Below, piece after piece: positions 49,581 through 64,000 of a DNA stretch of 64,000 bases. Position numbers and translations under genes: made by a program. The notes below the pieces were generated by a model. It searched no databases, was not told where the DNA came from, and was given only the letters and a program-made list of their open reading frames with translations. Origin of the DNA: Macrostomum lignano (Eukaryota); the NCBI GenBank assembly GCA_002269645.1, contig NIVC01000587.1, positions 124,001 to 188,000 of the forward strand, in the 5' to 3' direction. Positions within the stretch are counted from its first letter, which is position 1, and the number at the start of each line of letters is the position of its first letter.

Positions 49581-50234
49581 TCAGCCAATCTAGTCTAGCA
49601 GCTTAGCTCACTGTATACGATCTACACAACTGTGACACAAAGACATCTACAGCTAGACTGATAGTTAATCTGGGCAGACGATACAGTTGCATGCACTAGC
49701 TATTATCAACATTTATATTCCTTACTGTCGATCAGATCCCCAGATACACATCTAGTATTTATTATTGAATTCCAAATGTCAAATGGGGAAATAGGCGATC
49801 CCACCAGTCATTCAGTATGGGTACGAAAAAAAGTACACAGATGGATAGTCACCATCTGCCTCCGAAATCCCGCAGGCTACAGAAAATGCCCCAGTTCTGA
49901 ACTTGACCAACCGACAACTGACAGCCGAGAGTCAAGACCGCGCTGGCAAACTCCAATATGAATGGATATTTATATTCATTGTTATTCATCTGTTGTCAGC
50001 CATTGTGACTTATTTCCCTTATCTTTTTACTTAACATATTTTAATTCCTGACTGAAATTCCCGCTCGCGTTGAATTTTAATATATTCTCCAAAAAGCACG
50101 TGACTTCAATCTAGCTTCCTTTGTGAGTGACGAACTATTTGTTTAAATTACAAATACGATGAGAGTTTCACTTTTTTGCACAGAATACTCATTACATTTT
50201 CTAATGGCAGAATTGTAAGTAGTGATAGTAAGAT

Positions 50235-50900
50235 GTCATAGCGACAGTATTAGGGTCATAGCAATAGTATTAGGCTCAAAACGATATTATTAGGCTCATA
50301 CCAATTGTATTATGGTCACAGCGATAGTATTAGGGTCATACCGATAGTAGTAACAGGGTCATAGCGACAGTATTAGAGTCATAGCGACAGATTAGGGTCA
50401 TAGCGACAGTATTAGGGTCATAGCGACAGTATTAGGGTCATAGCGACAGTATTAGGGTCATAACGACATTATTAGGATCATAGCGACAGTATTAGGGTCA
50501 TAGCGACATTATTAGGGTCATAGCGACAGAACGAGGGTCATAGAGACAGAAAGAGGGTAATAGCGACAGAAAGAGGGTCATAGCAACCGAAAGAGGGTCA
50601 TAGCGACAGAAAGAGGGTCATAGAGACAGAAAGAGGGTCATAGCGACAGAAAGAGGGTCATAGAGACAGAAAGAGGGTAATAGCGACAGAAAGAGGGTCA
50701 TAGCAACCGAAAGAGGGTCATAGCGACAGAAAGAGGGTCATAGAGACAGAAAGAGGGTCATAGCGACAGAAAGAGGGTCATAGCAACAGAAAGAGGGTCA
50801 TAGCGATAGAAAGAGGGTCATACCGACAGTATAAGGGTCCTACTGACAGTATTACGGTCATAACGACATTATTAGGGTCATAGCGACAGAAAGAGGGTCA
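50235..50900. repeat. 20-bp minisatellite
   Basis: GGGTCATAGCGACAGTATTA switching to GGGTCATAGCGACAGAAAGA and back. Confidence 0.95.
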
Positions 50901-51317
50901 TTGAGCCACTTTAACTATGAAAACTACAGTGTTAGGTTCTTAGTTACAGCGACAGTGAGAGCATCACAATTGCAGTGAGAGTCACGGTGCAAAACTCATG
51001 CCTTAATCATGTAAAAAATATGCTCATAACCAACCCCTGACCCAATGAGTTTTTCCAGTCTAATTATCACGAATCGCTCGCAGTATCCAAGCATCTCTGA
51101 TCGACAGGTGAAATTTGCAATCAGCAGACAGGGTTGCCCCGGGAGACAGATACGGTAGGAATAGCGTGTTTAGACTCCCAAAGAGATAATAAATCAAGAC
51201 TGCACCACGGTACGGCTTCTATCAAAGAAGCCAATTAGAAAGAAAGGTATGTTTTTAAGGTATCACTGATCCACCAGATTGATTGACTGTTCCTTCTTAA
51301 CTTGTTTCTGTCCAGAC

Positions 51318-51514
51318 TTCTCTCTCCTCTCTCTCTCCTCTCTCCTCTCTCCTCTCTCTCTCCTCTCTCCTCTCTCTCTCTCTCTCTCCTCTCTCTCTCC
51401 TCTCTCTCTCCTCTCTCCTCTCTCTCTCTCCTCTCTCCTCTCTCTTTCCTCTCTCTCCTCTCTCCTCTCTCTCTCTCCTCTCTCCTCTCTCTCTCCTCTC
51501 TCCTCTCTCTTTCT

Positions 51515-51561
<47 letters not shown>

Positions 51562-51583
51562 CTCTCCTCTCTCTCTCTCTCTC

Positions 51584-51621
<38 letters not shown>

Positions 51622-51835
51622 CTCCTCTCTCTCCTCTCTCCTCTCTCTCCTCTCTCCTCTCTCTCCTCTCTCTCTCTCTCCTCTCTCCTCTCTCTCCTCT
51701 CTCCTCTCTCTCCTCTCTCCTCTCTCTCCTCTCTCCTCTCTCTCCTCTCTCCTCTCTCTCTTCTCTCTCTCTCTCCTCTCTCCTCTCTCCTCTCTCTCTT
51801 CTCTTCTCCTCTTTCCCTCTGTCTCCTGTCTCCTC
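51318..51835. repeat. (CT)n-rich polypyrimidine microsatellite
   Basis: Seen directly. Confidence 0.97.
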
Positions 51836-52714
51836 TCTCCCCCTCTCTTCTTTTTCTCTCCTCTCTCCTCTCTCCCTCTCTTCTTGTCTCCCTTCTCTCC
51901 CTGTATCCATCTCGCTCCCTGTCTCCCTTCTCTCCCTGTCACCCTCTTTCTCCCTCTCCTGTCTCATCCCCCAACTCTTTCTCACTCTCCTTTCTCAGCC
52001 CTCAACTCGTTCTCATTCTCTCATCCCCCAACTCTTTCTCACTCTCCTTTCTCATCCCCCAACATACTCTCTTGCTTCCTTCTCGGGCCTGGCGCAAAGC
52101 AGTTAAAACTGTGCAGCATTTAAGTCCAATAAGTTATAATTGGCCATGTCCAAAACAAAACTTGCTACTTGGTCTTTTAAAACTTCTATTATAGACACAA
52201 ATTAAGAGTAATTTTTTCAATATTTCGTTGCGTTCAGATGCGATGAAGGGTCAGCATACTCTGGTTCCGCGTGCTAGTCAGCCGACGGGCAAATGCAATG
52301 AAACTAAAAAACTAAGCGCGTTGTTTTAACAATGCGTTCAAGCTGAACAGAAAGTCTGCGATGCTAATTAAAGATGGGACACAAAAGCGAGGGAAAAAAG
52401 ACAAAAACTTCATCATTGATCATAGCGGTCGCACTAAACAGATAAGCAGACGTCAATCTTTTCGGCAAGTTTTGATGCGAAATTTAAAAGGGCGCATTTA
52501 AATACACATAATGCTTTTTTTATTTGCAAGCTCGCATTATGCATAGCTTACTGCTACGAGTGTTTGAAAATTTGTATGGGACGAATGTAGCTTCTAAGCA
52601 CTAGAATATTGCAGCAATAGGCAAGGTATCTGCAAAAGTGCGTGCTTTGAAATTAAGTTGACATCGTACGAACGTAATCATCAGAGGTGAGGTAGCTGAA
52701 CGCTTGAGGCTGGG

Positions 52715-53030
52715 AAGGGCAGGGAGTGAGGTGGCTGCAGTGGTGCGGGGTTTGAGGGCAGGGAGTGAGGTGGCTGCAGTGGTAGGGGTTTGGGACAGGG
52801 AGTGAGGTGGCTGCAGTGGTGCGGGGTTTGGGGGCAGGGAGTGAGGTGGCTGCAGTGGTTAGGGGTTTGGGACAGGGAGTGAGGTGGCTGCAGTGGTGAG
52901 GGGTTTGAGGGCAGGGAGTGAGGTGGCTGCAGTGGTGCGAGGTTTGGGGGCGGGGAGTGAGGTGGCTGTGTGTGAGGTTGGGTTGGGGAGGGGCAGGGAG
53001 TGAGGTGGCTGGGTAGGGGCAGGGAGTGAG
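52715..53030. repeat. 39-bp minisatellite
   Basis: GCAGGGAGTGAGGTGGCTGCAGTGGTGCGGGGTTTGAGG units. Confidence 0.93.
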
Positions 53031-53327
53031 GTACATAGACCAGCGTTTTGATACCAATAACTTAATTTTTGATTTAAATCAATCAGTCTGCTTCACGCAT
53101 TCTCACATGCTTGTGATACCCAAGAGCTGTTTGATATAAGAATGTCGCTGCAGCTTACGAGTTTGTCTTCATTCATACTGATCAGACACCTCTTTGCTTA
53201 GTTTAGCTCAGTAGCACTGCAGCGCGTCTTCAGCTGCAAAGATTGTTCATCTACCTGGAATGTATTCGCGAACGGGGTTGCGGCTTAAAGTACGAAGCGT
53301 TCTTTATTCATGACTCGGTAATCAACC

Positions 53328-62967
<9,640 letters not shown>

Positions 62968-64000
62968 CTGGAATTTGGGAGGTTCAGCTGGTGAAAAAAT
63001 CCGCCATAGAAGCCTTGAAAGTGTTTATTTATGTACATGTAAGTTTTAAACAGCATGGGATTAATTATCTGTAGCAGTCAGTCAGTGTGTTTGCAATGGA
63101 GCAAGAAATCTGGGCAAACGCATATGGATTACAACGACACACGCTCACACAGCGGCCTTGACTCTCGTGGCCAATACGAGTATTTATGCACGGACACCTA
63201 CACGTTCGCAGCTGTATAATTAAAAAACAATATCATAGCTTGACTCTGCAAAATTCCGTTAAGATGAACTTTTTCTAGGCTTCTCTGAGCGAAGAATATT
63301 AAGTAACCAGGTGGCCTATTTGTCTTCTGTCTGCTTGCATTGCCCTTCCCTACCACCGACTGGCACTCAAATTCTGCTCAGCGTCCAAATGTTTTGCTTC
63401 CTTTTCCACTCTAGGGGAAAGCTCTGTCTATCAGCCTACCCATCTGCCTCAGATTTTTGCCTGTCTCATCTGAGACTCAGCTGAGAAGAAGAGACCGGAG
63501 CAACCAACCTATAGAGGTAGTGTAGAGGTAGGAGAGACTAGGATGATGGAGAGGCGGGGAGGCTGGGGATGGGCTATTTGTCGATTGACGTGAAGCAGAG
63601 GGAAGCGAGAGAGGCCCACCAGAGGCCCATCAGGTATTTGCTCGGCAAACTGGTCAGGCAAATGCTAAGCCGCAACGAAGAGCAAGAAAGGTCTTTTGGG
63701 AAGAAATTTGAATTGCGTAGAAGGAAACGGTGCGGACTGGAAGATGGGAAGCAGAAATTCTTTCGCTGCATCAATTTCTTGACAAGGCTCTGTTTGGCCT
63801 GGCTTAAATTCGGTGTGCTGAAGAGGTGCAGCGGGTGTCTGCCTGGGGTAGGGGGCTTCGGCCATCGCTGCTTCATCAGGATTCTGTTCGCCCGGGCACT
63901 CGCATGTGCCAAACACTTGCAAAGGAAAAGAAGTCGTTTATGAAGGAACTCGCATAGAAACAGATTGAGGATGGGGAAGAGAATTCTGATATTAGCAGTT

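Noticed and set aside
63290-64000. Short ORFs at the window end as GPCR 5' exon or retroelement
   Set aside because: No signal peptide, recognisable domain or phase-compatible splice pair found.

Overview
Eukaryotic (metazoan) genomic DNA with GC/CpG-rich exons and AT-rich introns packed with minisatellites. The style resembles the flatworm Macrostomum, but this is an impression, not a search result. There are no prokaryotic features or CRISPR arrays, and most long ORFs in the track are stop-free tandem repeats rather than genes. Supported content: (1) the 3' part of a dead Ty3/Gypsy element (1-4386). Its integrase region carries a TSD-flanked LINE fragment and an antisense copy of tRNA-Ser(GCT) nt 1-57 that ends at the m1A58 position. 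(2) An 8-exon, phase-consistent + strand gene (5801-18582) with spectrin-like helical repeats and a C-terminal TM plus KASH-like tail. (3) A 4-exon signal-anchor orphan gene (23826-26823). (4) Four intronless paralogs encoding small type I membrane proteins with one degenerate cadherin-like domain, a variable stalk and Val-ending tails (28700, 30054, 40427, 42434). (5) Between these paralogs, a 27-bp satellite with a 1402-bp higher-order duplication and a ~3 kb foldback whose arms each hold a tRNA-like Pol III unit. (6) An RTE LINE nested in an RNase H-bearing LINE. (7) A 5-exon orphan gene (45370-48562). (8) An 8-exon PTH-receptor-like class B GPCR on the - strand (53328-62967). There are also CORE-type SINEs, MITEs and many intronic mini- and microsatellites. 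All gene models were built by eye from GT-AG sites and reading-frame phase.
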